From Pseudomonadota bacterium (GTDB lineage Bacteria > Desulfobacterota > Binatia > Binatales > Binataceae): a stretch of DNA of 64,000 nt. Each line of letters starts with the position of its first letter. The first letter of the stretch is position 1. Below are positions 8,809 to 18,665 of this stretch, piece by piece. Position numbers and translations under genes: made by a program. The notes beneath the pieces are model-generated. The model saw only the letters and a program-made list of their open reading frames with translations. It made no database searches and was not told the DNA's origin. Where the stretch lies: positions 49,109-113,108 of the forward strand of contig JAJPIL010000006.1 of assembly GCA_021324755.1 (NCBI GenBank), in the 5' to 3' direction.

Positions 8809-9897
8809 TTGTGTGTGATGGCGGTAGCGGAAAACGCTTCAGCAGAGAAAAACGGTTTTTACTCGGGTCTTGGTTTAAAGGAGTTCGAGCGTGGCCCAGA
8901 GGCAGCAGCAAATGCTGGACCAGGGAAAGCCCCGTCCAGGTTTTTTGCCCATTGGCGGCGCGTGGCGCAAGAGCTTGGGTTAGGCGGGCGTGACAAGCTT
9001 CTGTTCGCGCTGATGGTAGCAACGCTTCATGCCTTGAGTTTGATCCCGGATGTGATTTTATTCGCCCTGGGTACGATAGGTGGATACGTCGCCTATCTTT
9101 TGGATCGCAGACACGTGAGAATTGGGCTTAAAAACTTGTCGATCGCGTTTCCAGAGGCGACGTCCGCCGAACGCAAACGTATCTTGCGTGCCTCTTACGT
9201 TAACTTGGGGCGGAGCGCAGCCGAGTATATTCGCCTAGCAGGCTTTTTTCCGCGTCGAATTCTGCGTCGCGTGCGCTATGAGAATCTCGAGTACTGGCAG
9301 GAGTTGGCTGCGCGTTATCCCGGGCGAGGCATCGTGGTGTTATCTGCTCATTTCGGCAACTTCGAGCTATTGCCTGCTGCTCACGCGCTGCATGGCTACG
9401 AGATAGGGCTGGTCCATCACACCCAGCGTTTTCGCGCCGGCGAGGCTCTTGCTACCTACGTGCGCACGCGCTTGGGCGTGACACTTTATCGCAAATACTC
9501 AGCGGCCCGAGCGGTGCTCAAAGCGCTGCGCTGTGGAAAGCTCGTAGGCATCCCGTTCGACCAAAACGCTAAACGGCGCGAGGCGGTCTTCGTGCCCTTC
9601 TTCAACGAGCTTGCGGCCACCACCAGCGGCTTGGCCCGAATCGTAGCCTTAACTGGGGCTCCCGTCGTGCCGGTGTTTATCGTAAGGGAACCTAATCCGC
9701 GCAACCATCGAATCGTCATCCTGCGCGAAATCCCCATCCAACGAACCGCCGACCCTGAAGCGGACGTCGTGGCCAACACAGCCCGCTTCGTGCGCGCAGT
9801 CGAGGAAATCGTACGCCGCTACCCCGAACAGTTCCTGTGGACCCATCGCCGCTACCGCACGCGCCCTCCAGGCGCGCCGAAAATTTACGACGACTGA
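8809..9897 (+). CDS. Lysophospholipid/lipid A acyltransferase (LpxL/HtrB family, lauroyl acyltransferase-like)
   Basis: 362 aa; N-terminal membrane anchor then acyltransferase region (HFGNFELL = HxxxxD/E-like motif region); true start probably slightly downstream. Confidence 0.65.
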   Translation: MCVMAVAENASAEKNGFYSGLGLKEFERGPEAAANAGPGKAPSRFFAHWRRVAQELGLGGRDKLLFALMVATLHALSLIPDVILFALGTIGGYVAYLLDRRHVRIGLKNLSIAFPEATSAERKRILRASYVNLGRSAAEYIRLAGFFPRRILRRVRYENLEYWQELAARYPGRGIVVLSAHFGNFELLPAAHALHGYEIGLVHHTQRFRAGEALATYVRTRLGVTLYRKYSAARAVLKALRCGKLVGIPFDQNAKRREAVFVPFFNELAATTSGLARIVALTGAPVVPVFIVREPNPRNHRIVILREIPIQRTADPEADVVANTARFVRAVEEIVRRYPEQFLWTHRRYRTRPPGAPKIYDD

Positions 9898-10850
9898 GCC
9901 GCACCACAAGCCGCAGCGTTGTCTTCTGGGCGACGGCTAGATGGCGTGAACCGTTCGACTATCGCAAGCATCGCAGCTATCAGCACCCAGGCGGCAAAAC
10001 CACTTATCAAGGACGGCCAGCCGTAGCCGAGTAGCCATCTTTGTCGGCAGGTGTCGGAAGTTGGGTAAGCTGCCCGCCAGAACTTCGCTCCGAAAACGAC
10101 GCCCGCGTGCAACCCAACGGATAGGTGAGCGGAGCCCGTTAGTTGGAAGGCACGGCCTAAAAGCAAACCCAGAAGCATCAACCCGATAAACCCGGGTATT
10201 ACTTTCAACGTAAGCAAAGAGCGCGCCGCCGAGATCGGCACCAGGAATCCGCTCGACCAAAAGCTCGATGTAGCTGAACCACTTTTGCTTCTCAAAAAAT
10301 GAACCGCGGCGTATACCGCGCTCGTAAGTAGCAAAGCAGGTATCGCCCCGAGCTCCTCCTGCGCCCCATCCAGAAGAAAAGCCCTAAAGAAAGACTCCTC
10401 TATGAAGGCGACGGCAATCGCGCTCGATATCGCTTTCAGAAAAGGCTGAATTAAGATTAGGCTTTTGTTTGCTGCTTCGGCGCTGCCGGTCGCCCCGCCG
10501 CATAACGCGAAAGCGAGAATCCAAAGAAGCGCTACTCCTGACAAACCCGCGATAAAGCCACGAAGGATCGTGTCGAGGTTTTCTAACGGCTGCCCCAGAT
10601 TCCGTTTTATTCGCTGCGCAAACTGGACACGGGAACTTTTCAGAAGAAGCCCTGCCACCGAGGTAAGCATCAAAACTCGGTCGAAAACCCGCGATAAAGG
10701 TTGCTCGATCTCCACGACTTCAAGCGCGACGCGCACTAATGGTGAGAATACCGCGCTTAGAAAGATGGCCATGAGCAGAGTCACTGCAACTGTTAAAAGA
10801 AAATGCCGCGAACGCGGAGAGCTCACAGCTGACACCAAAGCGCGGCTCAT
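9885..10850 (-). CDS. CPBP family intramembrane metalloprotease (CAAX protease/Abi family)
   Basis: Polytopic membrane protein with EESFFRAF (EExxxR) and downstream HxxxN/H motifs typical of CPBP/Abi proteases. Confidence 0.65.
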   Translation of the reverse strand: MSRALVSAVSSPRSRHFLLTVAVTLLMAIFLSAVFSPLVRVALEVVEIEQPLSRVFDRVLMLTSVAGLLLKSSRVQFAQRIKRNLGQPLENLDTILRGFIAGLSGVALLWILAFALCGGATGSAEAANKSLILIQPFLKAISSAIAVAFIEESFFRAFLLDGAQEELGAIPALLLTSAVYAAVHFLRSKSGSATSSFWSSGFLVPISAARSLLTLKVIPGFIGLMLLGLLLGRAFQLTGSAHLSVGLHAGVVFGAKFWRAAYPTSDTCRQRWLLGYGWPSLISGFAAWVLIAAMLAIVERFTPSSRRPEDNAAACGAAQSS

Positions 10851-10863
10851 ATTGCTCTTCCCG

Positions 10864-11610
10864 CTAGCGCTGAGAGTTGGTCCTCATTGGGTCGTACTGA
10901 GGCTCGAGCCAAATTTCCAGGGGGCAAACCGAAGGCGGGGCACTTTGGATTTGGATTACTGCAGAGGCCACGTCCTCGGCCGACAGCATCCTGGCGCGGT
11001 CAAGCGCCTTGTTAGCGGGAACAAAAGAAGTGTCGACTAGGCCCGGCACAACAGCGCCGATTTTAATGCCGCTATGCCGGAGCTCGGCAAAGCATGCCCG
11101 CGTGAAAGCCAGAAGTCCCGCCTTAGTTGCGGCGTAGACCGCTTCGCCATGGGGGGTTAGCTTGCCGGCTGTCGAGGCGATGTTTACGATAGTCCCTCCG
11201 CTTCGCGCCATCATCTCTTTAGCCGCTAGCTTGGTGAGAACGATCGGCGCCCGCAGATTGAGCGCGACCATCGCATCTATCTCCTCCAGGCTGCAACGAA
11301 CGATCGGCTTGCGCGGTGGTGCCCAGCCTGCGTTGTTCACCAACAGGTCGAGGCGTCCGAAATGGTCTAGCGTTGCTCGCAGCAACATTTCAGGCCCATC
11401 GCTCGTGGTCAAGTCGACCAAAACGATCAGTGAGCGTTGAGGTGGCAGGCCCGAGAGTCTGCGGGTTTCTTCGAGCTGTTCGCGGCTTCTAGCCGCCAGG
11501 CAAAGGTTAAAACCCCGCCGCGCAAGCTCGAGCGCGATTGCTCGACCGATTCCTCGGCCAGCTCCCGTGACCAGCGCTACTTGATCCTCCATGGGTAACT
11601 CCTTAAGCAC
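10864..11610 (-). CDS. SDR family short-chain dehydrogenase/reductase
   Basis: VALVTGAGRGIGRAIA Rossmann TGxxxGxG motif, NNAG motif, YxxxK (YAATK) catalytic motif. Confidence 0.85.
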   Translation of the reverse strand: MLKELPMEDQVALVTGAGRGIGRAIALELARRGFNLCLAARSREQLEETRRLSGLPPQRSLIVLVDLTTSDGPEMLLRATLDHFGRLDLLVNNAGWAPPRKPIVRCSLEEIDAMVALNLRAPIVLTKLAAKEMMARSGGTIVNIASTAGKLTPHGEAVYAATKAGLLAFTRACFAELRHSGIKIGAVVPGLVDTSFVPANKALDRARMLSAEDVASAVIQIQSAPPSVCPLEIWLEPQYDPMRTNSQR

Positions 11611-11901
11611 ACATCATCAGGCTATGCTGTCCTCAAGTTACCAATAAAGGACGGTATAACCATAAGCGGCCTGCCAAAGCGTAATCCACGGCTCATCGCA
11701 ACTGCCATCAACGCACTGTATTTTTGGTTTCGACAAGCTGTAAATGAGTTTGCTACGAGACGAACGCCATACTATCAAACAAATGGCATCCAAGGCTGCC
11801 ATTGCGGAAAAGCGATCAAGTGGCAATCTTTGCCGTTTGTGGCTAGGATTAATCAAGCCGGCATACGCTGCGTCCTAAAGTAAGAGAGCAGAGGCGTACC
11901 G

Positions 11902-13257
11902 ATGAATCCACAGGTGTTTCGCGAATACGACATTCGAGGCATTGTCGAACGGGACTTCGATGACGCCTTCGTGATCGACCTAGGGCGCGCTTATGCCACC
12001 GCTCTGGTAGAGGCCGGAGGCAGACGAATCGTTTTGGGTCGCGATTGTCGTCTCACTTCCGCCCGATTGCGGGAGCTTTTTTTGCAGGGATTGCTCGAAA
12101 GCGGCGTGGACGTCATCGATACTGGAGTAGTGCCCACGCCCCTTTTGTACTTTGCGGTGGCGCGCTGGGGAATGGATGGGGGAGTGATGATAACCGGCAG
12201 CCACAACCCGCCTGAGTATAACGGCTTTAAGCTGGGAATCGGCCACGCCACTTTGTACGGCGAGCAGATTCAGCAATTGCGCCGTATCATCGAGGAACGG
12301 GCTTTCGTCAAGAGCGCGACAGAGGGAAGCCTCACCGAAAAAAGCGTCGTGCCCGAGTACCGAGAGTTCATTTTGCAGAGCTTTAGACTTAAACCCGGCC
12401 TAAGGGTGGTCCTTGACGCGGGCAATGGATGTGGAGGAGCGGTGGCTGCTCCTCTGATGCGGGAGATGGGAATTGACCTGGTAGGCTTGTTTCTCGATAT
12501 GGACGGGCGTTTTCCCAACCATCATCCCGATCCAACGGTAGAAGCGTACATGCAGGACTTGGTGAACGCAGTGATAAGCTCCAGGGCGTGCGTCGGAATC
12601 GCTTATGACGGCGACGCTGACCGGCTGGGAGCGGTCGACGAGCGCGGGCGAATCGTATGGGGAGATGAGCTCATCGTGTTGTTTTCTCGGGGGATCCTGA
12701 AGGAGCGCCGCGGCGCAACCGTGATCGGCGACGTCAAATGCTCCAAGCGCATGTACGACGATATCGAACGCAACGGAGGTCGGGCCATAATGTGGAAGAC
12801 CGGCCATTCGTTGATCAAGAGCAAGCTCAAAGAAGAAGGCGCGGCGCTGGCGGGCGAGATGAGCGGCCATATGTTTTTTGCTGATCGCTATTACGGATTC
12901 GACGACGCCATATACGCCTCCTTTCGTCTGCTGGAAATAATAAGTCGCGAGGGAAAAGGTATCGCATCGCTGCTTTCCGACCTGCCGACTGCGTGTGTCA
13001 CGCCCGAAATACGCGTCGATTGCCCCGACGAGCAAAAGTTTCAAGTGGTGCAGGAGGTGGCGGAATTTTTCCGCGCCCGTCATGAGGTGATAGACATCGA
13101 TGGTGTGCGGGTGAATTTTGACAATGGATGGGGCCTTCTGCGAGCTTCAAATACACAACCTGCCCTGGTGATGCGTTTCGAGGGACGAGATCCTGAAAGC
13201 CTCGCTTCTATTCGGGCACAGTTCGAGGACAAACTCAAAGAGCTGGGTGTCATCTAG
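11902..13257 (+). CDS. Phosphomannomutase/phosphoglucomutase (alpha-D-phosphohexomutase family)
   Basis: 451 aa; active-site loop TGSHNPPEYNGFK, metal-binding DGDADR motif. Confidence 0.85.
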   Translation: MNPQVFREYDIRGIVERDFDDAFVIDLGRAYATALVEAGGRRIVLGRDCRLTSARLRELFLQGLLESGVDVIDTGVVPTPLLYFAVARWGMDGGVMITGSHNPPEYNGFKLGIGHATLYGEQIQQLRRIIEERAFVKSATEGSLTEKSVVPEYREFILQSFRLKPGLRVVLDAGNGCGGAVAAPLMREMGIDLVGLFLDMDGRFPNHHPDPTVEAYMQDLVNAVISSRACVGIAYDGDADRLGAVDERGRIVWGDELIVLFSRGILKERRGATVIGDVKCSKRMYDDIERNGGRAIMWKTGHSLIKSKLKEEGAALAGEMSGHMFFADRYYGFDDAIYASFRLLEIISREGKGIASLLSDLPTACVTPEIRVDCPDEQKFQVVQEVAEFFRARHEVIDIDGVRVNFDNGWGLLRASNTQPALVMRFEGRDPESLASIRAQFEDKLKELGVI

Positions 13258-13259
13258 TC

Positions 13260-14336
13260 GTGCCTGGCCGCAAAACCAACGCGGGCGCTCCAGTTAGGGC
13301 CGCTTTAATAGTCGCTGGCGGCCAAGGAACGAGGTTTTGGCCGCTCAGTCGAGCGCATCGTCCCAAGCCGCTTTTCAGACTGAACGGCACCAATAGCCTG
13401 CTTGCTGATACGGTCGAACGACTTGAGCCCATAATTGGGCGAGAGCGGATCTTCGTAATCGCGCCGACGGCTTTCAAAACGCTTTTCGCTCGCGAGCTCA
13501 AAGGCCTGATACCCGCGTCGAATTTACTGCTTGAGCCGAGCGCGCGTGGGACGGCGGTGGCCGTGGCATACGGATGTCGTTTGATCGCCGAGAGGTTAGG
13601 CGAACATCTGGTGGTCGTGTCGCCGGCTGACCACTACGTCAGTCCGGCGAGCGCATTTCGCCGAACGATAAGCAGAGCGCTTGCGTTGGCGGCGACAAAC
13701 CCCGCGATTGTATTGATCGGGGTGGTACCGACTCGACCAGAGGTCGGATACGGCTATCTCGAGGTGGGCGACACTGTCGGCGCCGGTTTTGCCGTGCGTC
13801 GATTCGTCGAGAAACCGAAGGCTGCCATGGCGCGGCGGATGGTACGGTCGGGCAACTTCCTATGGAACGCAGGTATCTTCGTTATGCATACCGAAACTTT
13901 GTGGAGCGCGCTTAGGCAGCATTGCCCGCGATTGTACGGCGCGGTCACGAAAATAGACGCGGTCTCGAAAGATGAAACGGCGCGGCTGTTCGCAAGACTT
14001 CGCTTTGCTTCCTTCGACTACGAAATTCTCGAGAAGAGCACAAACTTGCTGGCGGTGCCTGCTCGCTTTCAATGGCACGACATCGGCAGTTGGGACGGAT
14101 TATGGAAGGCCACCAGCGCAAAAAACGGAAATTCATTGTCTGGCAACGTGTTGAGCCTTGCCAGTAATCGAGTATTGGCGTTTGGGTCGAAACGGCTGAT
14201 GGTGCTACTCGGGGTCAAAGACCTGGTGGCCGTGGACACGGATGACGCTATCTTAATCGCTTCCCGCTCCCATTCCGAGCAAGTTCGCAAGGTGGTCGAA
14301 GAGCTCAGGCGGCGCCGAATGACCGCGTACCTTTAA
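13260..14336 (+). CDS. Mannose-1-phosphate guanylyltransferase (GDP-mannose pyrophosphorylase)
   Basis: 358 aa; N-terminal nucleotidyltransferase motif VAGGQGTRFWPLS...PKP; immediately downstream of phosphomannomutase. Confidence 0.75.
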   Translation: MPGRKTNAGAPVRAALIVAGGQGTRFWPLSRAHRPKPLFRLNGTNSLLADTVERLEPIIGRERIFVIAPTAFKTLFARELKGLIPASNLLLEPSARGTAVAVAYGCRLIAERLGEHLVVVSPADHYVSPASAFRRTISRALALAATNPAIVLIGVVPTRPEVGYGYLEVGDTVGAGFAVRRFVEKPKAAMARRMVRSGNFLWNAGIFVMHTETLWSALRQHCPRLYGAVTKIDAVSKDETARLFARLRFASFDYEILEKSTNLLAVPARFQWHDIGSWDGLWKATSAKNGNSLSGNVLSLASNRVLAFGSKRLMVLLGVKDLVAVDTDDAILIASRSHSEQVRKVVEELRRRRMTAYL

Positions 14337-14551
14337 AAAGCTGCTCCAGAGCCTTCCAAAATTTCCACGACTTAAAGCGGCTTAAACGCCAAAGCGGCTC
14401 GGTGCCATTGTTGGCAGTTCGCTTCCATTATTGACCGCGCAAATCCGCCGCGATCCCTCCAGTTTAAACTTGCATTGCCGCAAAAGCTCTCTATTCGCAG
14501 GAAACTCTACCGCCTTTATGACTTCTCTTGCTCGTAAATGGGTTACTAAAT

Positions 14552-15166
14552 CTACGTGCTAACAGTTCGGGTGCGCGCTTTGGCGTGACTGAGGTCTCCA
14601 TCCGGTGGCCAGAGCGCGCGCACTAAAAACGATTCACGTTTATAAAAGCCCTCTGTATGAAAGGAAGCTCCAAGCTTAAGCAGAGAGTAGTCGAGATGAT
14701 GAACGAATTCGTGGATTAGCGTGCGAAAAAAGGTTTTCGGTTTTACAAAGTCATTGCGTCTGGCTGTCCGCGACCACAGGATTATTCGGCCCTTACCACC
14801 TTGCGATGATGAGTAGAACAAACCGTGCAGCTCGCCCCGGCGGTTATGCGGACGAACGCCCCTCACTTCGACGACAATAGACGGTACATTGAACGACCGA
14901 CATAGCTCGTCGACCAGCGCCTGGCAGGCCCGTGCGGCACGAAAAGTATTTTCGCTTTCGAGCGCTTCTCGCACCGCCCTTGCTTTAATCCGTACCTCGC
15001 TGTTCGGAGCGAAGGGTAATTTGGTCACCTGCTCGCTAGCCAGGTATCGCTTCTGATCGCGCGGCGAGAGGCGGTAAAAATATGCCGGCCGAGTTTTCGA
15101 GATGGTTTGCTCGGCCGGCCGAGCTTCGGGACCTTTTGTTCGGTCTCTGAAACCGCTCATTGCCAA
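14552..15166 (-). CDS. Putative zinc-dependent peptidase with HExxH motif (possibly MtfA/M90-like or DUF45/YgjP-like)
   Basis: 204 aa; single HEFVHHLD motif near C-terminus resembling the HEVAHKLD motif of MtfA-type peptidases; family assignment by memory only. Confidence 0.35.
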   Translation of the reverse strand: MAMSGFRDRTKGPEARPAEQTISKTRPAYFYRLSPRDQKRYLASEQVTKLPFAPNSEVRIKARAVREALESENTFRAARACQALVDELCRSFNVPSIVVEVRGVRPHNRRGELHGLFYSSSQGGKGRIILWSRTARRNDFVKPKTFFRTLIHEFVHHLDYSLLKLGASFHTEGFYKRESFLVRALWPPDGDLSHAKARTRTVST

Positions 15167-15288
15167 TGATCAAGTTTTCATCATGGCGAAAGGTTTTAGG
15201 CGCGCAAACTAACAGGCCGCCTTTTGCTTGTCTTTGGCTTTGTCATATCATCGAGTCGAAAGTAAACCGTACCGGTGTGGGGTCGAGC

Positions 15289-15774
15289 ATGCTTGAGCTT
15301 AAATCGGTGAGGATACAAAAGCCTACCGAGGTGAACGTTATTATTGGCCAAAGCCACTTTATAAAGACGGTCGAAGACATCCACGAAGCCTTGGTTCAGG
15401 CCGTCCCCGGCATCAAATTTGGCTTAGCTTTCTGTGAGGCTTCCGGTCCGTGCTTGATTCGAAGAAGCGGAACCGACCGCGAACTTGAGAATCTTGCAGT
15501 GGATGCCGCCAAGGCGATAGGCGCCGGCCATGTGTTCGTTGTGATGTTGGGCAACGCGTTTCCCGTAAACGTGTTGAACCAGATCAAAGCGGTGCCGGAA
15601 GTCTGTACGATATATTGCGCGACGGCTAATCCATTACAAGTAATCGTAGCGGGTGACGGCGAAGGGCGCGGAATTGTGGGCGTTATTGACGGAGCTTCGC
15701 CCAAGGGTGTGGAGGGCGAGGACGAACAACAACAAAGAAAGGCTTTGCTGCGCCGTCTGGGTTATAAGTTGTGA
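15289..15774 (+). CDS. Adenosine-specific-kinase-like protein (DUF355/PF04008-like), uncertain
   Basis: About 160 aa from internal ATG at 15289 (ORF track starts 15160); IIGQSHFIKTVEDIHEAL segment recalled as characteristic of the Adenosine_kin family; not verified. Confidence 0.35.
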   Translation: MLELKSVRIQKPTEVNVIIGQSHFIKTVEDIHEALVQAVPGIKFGLAFCEASGPCLIRRSGTDRELENLAVDAAKAIGAGHVFVVMLGNAFPVNVLNQIKAVPEVCTIYCATANPLQVIVAGDGEGRGIVGVIDGASPKGVEGEDEQQQRKALLRRLGYKL

Positions 15775-15935
15775 GCATTCGCGCCCCAGCGATTGAAATT
15801 ACTGGATGTGAAAAGGTGCTCAGCGCACCGGCGTTGGTTCGCTCGCGGCTTTGGTGAGCCACAGCCGCGAGTCTCCGGAGATATTAAATCGCCCTGCAAA
15901 GCCGGCCGTGTGCTCAGCTTAGCTGTGGTAGATTT

Positions 15936-16631
15936 ATGGCCCTGCACAACCTGATTTTCGACGCGGACGACACGCTATGGGAGTCGAACATCCATTTTCT
16001 AGAGGCGGAAGACGAGTTCATTGCGGTGCTGCGCAAGGCAGGCTGCGCGCTCGAGGAGGATAAACTGCGCGGGTTGGTGCGCCAGCGCGAGCTCGATGTG
16101 ATCAAACGCTACGGATACGGTCGCCGTCCCTACGGACTTGCGCTGCGTGCCACGGTTGAAACTTTGGGCTTCGACCACCGCACCCTCGAGACGCTTTACG
16201 CTGAGGTAAAACGGATCGAACAGCGCTTGCTCAACCGTCACTGCGAGGTTCGTCCTGGAGTAAGAGAAACCCTCGCTGAGCTAAGTTCGCGCAATCGCCT
16301 AGTGCTTTTCACCAAAGGTCAAGCCGACGAGCAGATGAATAAGCTTAAAGCTAGCGGGCTTGGTGCGTTCTTTTCCCACGTCGAAATAGCATGGGAAAAA
16401 GATCCCAACACATATCGCGAATTGCTCGCTCGCCTTGAGCTTCCCGTAGATCGAACGGTTATGATCGGTAATAGCCCGCGATCGGACATCAACCCAGCGC
16501 TAAAGGTAGGATTGCGTGCAGTCTATATCCCGCATCCGCAGACCTGGGTGTACGAGCAGGAAGAAATCGAATCGGTTGACGGACGCGTAATAACGATATC
16601 CGATTTTGCCGAATTGAGACGTCTTTTTTGA
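15936..16631 (+). CDS. HAD-family hydrolase
   Basis: N-terminal motif I LIFDADDTLW, later motifs (LFTKG, GNSPRSD) of haloacid dehalogenase superfamily. Confidence 0.75.
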   Translation: MALHNLIFDADDTLWESNIHFLEAEDEFIAVLRKAGCALEEDKLRGLVRQRELDVIKRYGYGRRPYGLALRATVETLGFDHRTLETLYAEVKRIEQRLLNRHCEVRPGVRETLAELSSRNRLVLFTKGQADEQMNKLKASGLGAFFSHVEIAWEKDPNTYRELLARLELPVDRTVMIGNSPRSDINPALKVGLRAVYIPHPQTWVYEQEEIESVDGRVITISDFAELRRLF

Positions 16632-16644
16632 CAAGACGAGGCTC

Positions 16645-17553
16645 GTGACCGTGAGGAGCGAGGGACGAAATCAACTGGTGCGACTCGAAGCGGAAAGGCT
16701 ACAGAAGACGGAGTTAGCCGAAGTTCGCGTGCCGCTGCTGGTCCGCCCGTTCTACCATCTTTGGCGTCGCGCGCTGGACCAGATAGAGGTTGTCAGGCTC
16801 GACCTTCCAGTTCGTCGGCTCCCGGTGGCGTTCGAGGGTGTAAGAGCCTGTCAACTCAGCGACCTGCACATTGACCGAGATGAAGACCTTGAGAGGCTCG
16901 AGCGGGCGGTGAGTTTGGTGAACCAGGAGAGACCAGCTTTGGTGTTTCTCACCGGCGATTATTTTTCCGGACCAGCAACGATGCGGCGTTACCTGCCTGA
17001 AGTAGCGCGCGTGCTGAGCTGGCTTAATCCGTTCCTGGCGGCCTTTGCTATTCCGGGCAATCATGACAACTGGAGTTGCTTCGCGCTGATTAGCGCCGAG
17101 TTGGCAAGAATTGGCATCGTGCCGTTGTGTAATCAGAGTCGCCGGATCTCCTACCGAGGCGAATCGGTAGTAATTGTGGGTATCGACGATCTGACAACCC
17201 GACGCGCCGATCCTAACGGGGCATTCAGAGGGGTAAGGGCCGAGGATTGCACGCTTGTGCTTGCCCACAATCCTGACACGGTACTGTATCTGCGCCACCG
17301 CCAACCTGGCGTCGTGCTGTGCGGGCACACCCACGGTGGCGCCATTCGGTTGCCGATAATCGGCAGCCCGATAAGGTGGATTCTTAAGCTTGGCGCAAAC
17401 TATTACGCTGGCCTTAATCGCTACGACACCTTTTACGTATATACCAATCGAGGATTGGGAACGTTCTGCGTACGTCTGCGGTTCAACTGCCGCCCTGAGG
17501 TCTCGTCCTTTTCACTTACACGTTTCGATGACTTGCAGAGCGGGGCGCGTTAA
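16645..17553 (+). CDS. Metallophosphoesterase (calcineurin-like phosphoesterase)
   Basis: Motifs SDLHID, GDYFS, IPGNHDN, GHTHGG. Confidence 0.75.
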   Translation: MTVRSEGRNQLVRLEAERLQKTELAEVRVPLLVRPFYHLWRRALDQIEVVRLDLPVRRLPVAFEGVRACQLSDLHIDRDEDLERLERAVSLVNQERPALVFLTGDYFSGPATMRRYLPEVARVLSWLNPFLAAFAIPGNHDNWSCFALISAELARIGIVPLCNQSRRISYRGESVVIVGIDDLTTRRADPNGAFRGVRAEDCTLVLAHNPDTVLYLRHRQPGVVLCGHTHGGAIRLPIIGSPIRWILKLGANYYAGLNRYDTFYVYTNRGLGTFCVRLRFNCRPEVSSFSLTRFDDLQSGAR

Positions 17554-17667
17554 AGAATAGGTTTTTGTTTCCCAGCTTTCCACGCGTTCGTTTTTCTGGG
17601 CCCAGCTCTAGCGCTTTTTTAGGCTTGGTAGGAGGGCTTGCTCGCCGCCGAGGGCGAGAAATTGTTT

Positions 17668-18594
17668 ATGGCACGTAGGCAACTCACTGTAGCCGTAGTC
17701 GGAGGTTCGGGATTTATCGGCCGAGCTATCGCGCGCCGGCTTGCGAAGACCGAGCAACTCAAAGTTCGTGTGCTGAGCCGCTCGCCAGATAGGGCACGTG
17801 AGCGTCTACGCGAGATCGAAGCGGAGTTCGTTCACGCCGATGTCACCGAGCCAAGCACGCTTAAGCCGGCGCTTAAGGGAGCAGCTTTTGTGGTCGACGC
17901 TGTGCAGTTCGACGGCTACCCCGTAGAGGACCCTCGCCGTGGCTTAACTTTCGAGCGGGTGGACCTTTTTGGATGCCTAGCGCTTTTGGAGGCGGCCCGA
18001 AGCGCTGGAGTGGACCAGTTCGTTTACATCAGTGGAGTCAGTGCTGACGAAAAGAGTAAACATCCTGCGTTTCGGGCCAAAGGACAGGCAGAGAAGGCTA
18101 TTCGCGAATCAGGTCTGGGTTATACGATTTTTCGTCCTTCCTTGGTCTTCGGCCAAGAGGATCGCGTGCTCAACACGATCGTAAAAGCGCTGCGATTTTC
18201 TCCTGTTATTGTTGCCCCAGGTTCAGGTCAGCAGAAGTTGCAGCCAGTATGGGTGGAAGACTTGGCTGAATGCGTGGCGCGAGCCCTGACGTCTCAGGAA
18301 AAAGCGCTTGGGCGAACTTTCGACGTCGGCGGACCGGAAGTAGTTACGTTCGATCAATTGCTGCAACTCGTGATGGACATTACCGGCTATCGCCGGGCGA
18401 TCGTTCATGTGCCAGATTCGGTACTTTATTTTGTCGGCTCGATTGCAGAAAAGCTGCCCCGCCCATTGTTTTCGCGCGATGCCGCCACGTTCGTCACGAC
18501 CGACAGCGTATGCGACGTCAAGCCTTTGGTGAAAGCGCTGGGAATCGAGCTGACGCCGCTCAAAAAAGCCTTAGCTTACCTTGCCGCTAGATAG
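17668..18594 (+). CDS. NAD(P)-binding epimerase/dehydratase-family (NmrA/complex I NDUFA9-like) oxidoreductase
   Basis: VAVVGGSGFIGRAIA Rossmann motif near N-terminus; atypical SDR architecture; start chosen at internal ATG (ORF track 17638). Confidence 0.7.
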   Translation: MARRQLTVAVVGGSGFIGRAIARRLAKTEQLKVRVLSRSPDRARERLREIEAEFVHADVTEPSTLKPALKGAAFVVDAVQFDGYPVEDPRRGLTFERVDLFGCLALLEAARSAGVDQFVYISGVSADEKSKHPAFRAKGQAEKAIRESGLGYTIFRPSLVFGQEDRVLNTIVKALRFSPVIVAPGSGQQKLQPVWVEDLAECVARALTSQEKALGRTFDVGGPEVVTFDQLLQLVMDITGYRRAIVHVPDSVLYFVGSIAEKLPRPLFSRDAATFVTTDSVCDVKPLVKALGIELTPLKKALAYLAAR

Positions 18595-18665
18595 ACAGAC
18601 GTAGTGGCTCTTCGCGCGCACCAGCACGCAAGGTTAGCTAACTTGGCCTCGCTTTGCCTTGGGCG

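Noticed and set aside
12400-13083. 227-aa ORF on minus strand inside the phosphomannomutase gene
   Set aside because: Antisense to a strongly supported CDS; composition-biased translation.
16714-17334. 206-aa antisense ORF inside the metallophosphoesterase gene
   Set aside because: Antisense shadow ORF; the sense-strand gene has clear catalytic motifs.
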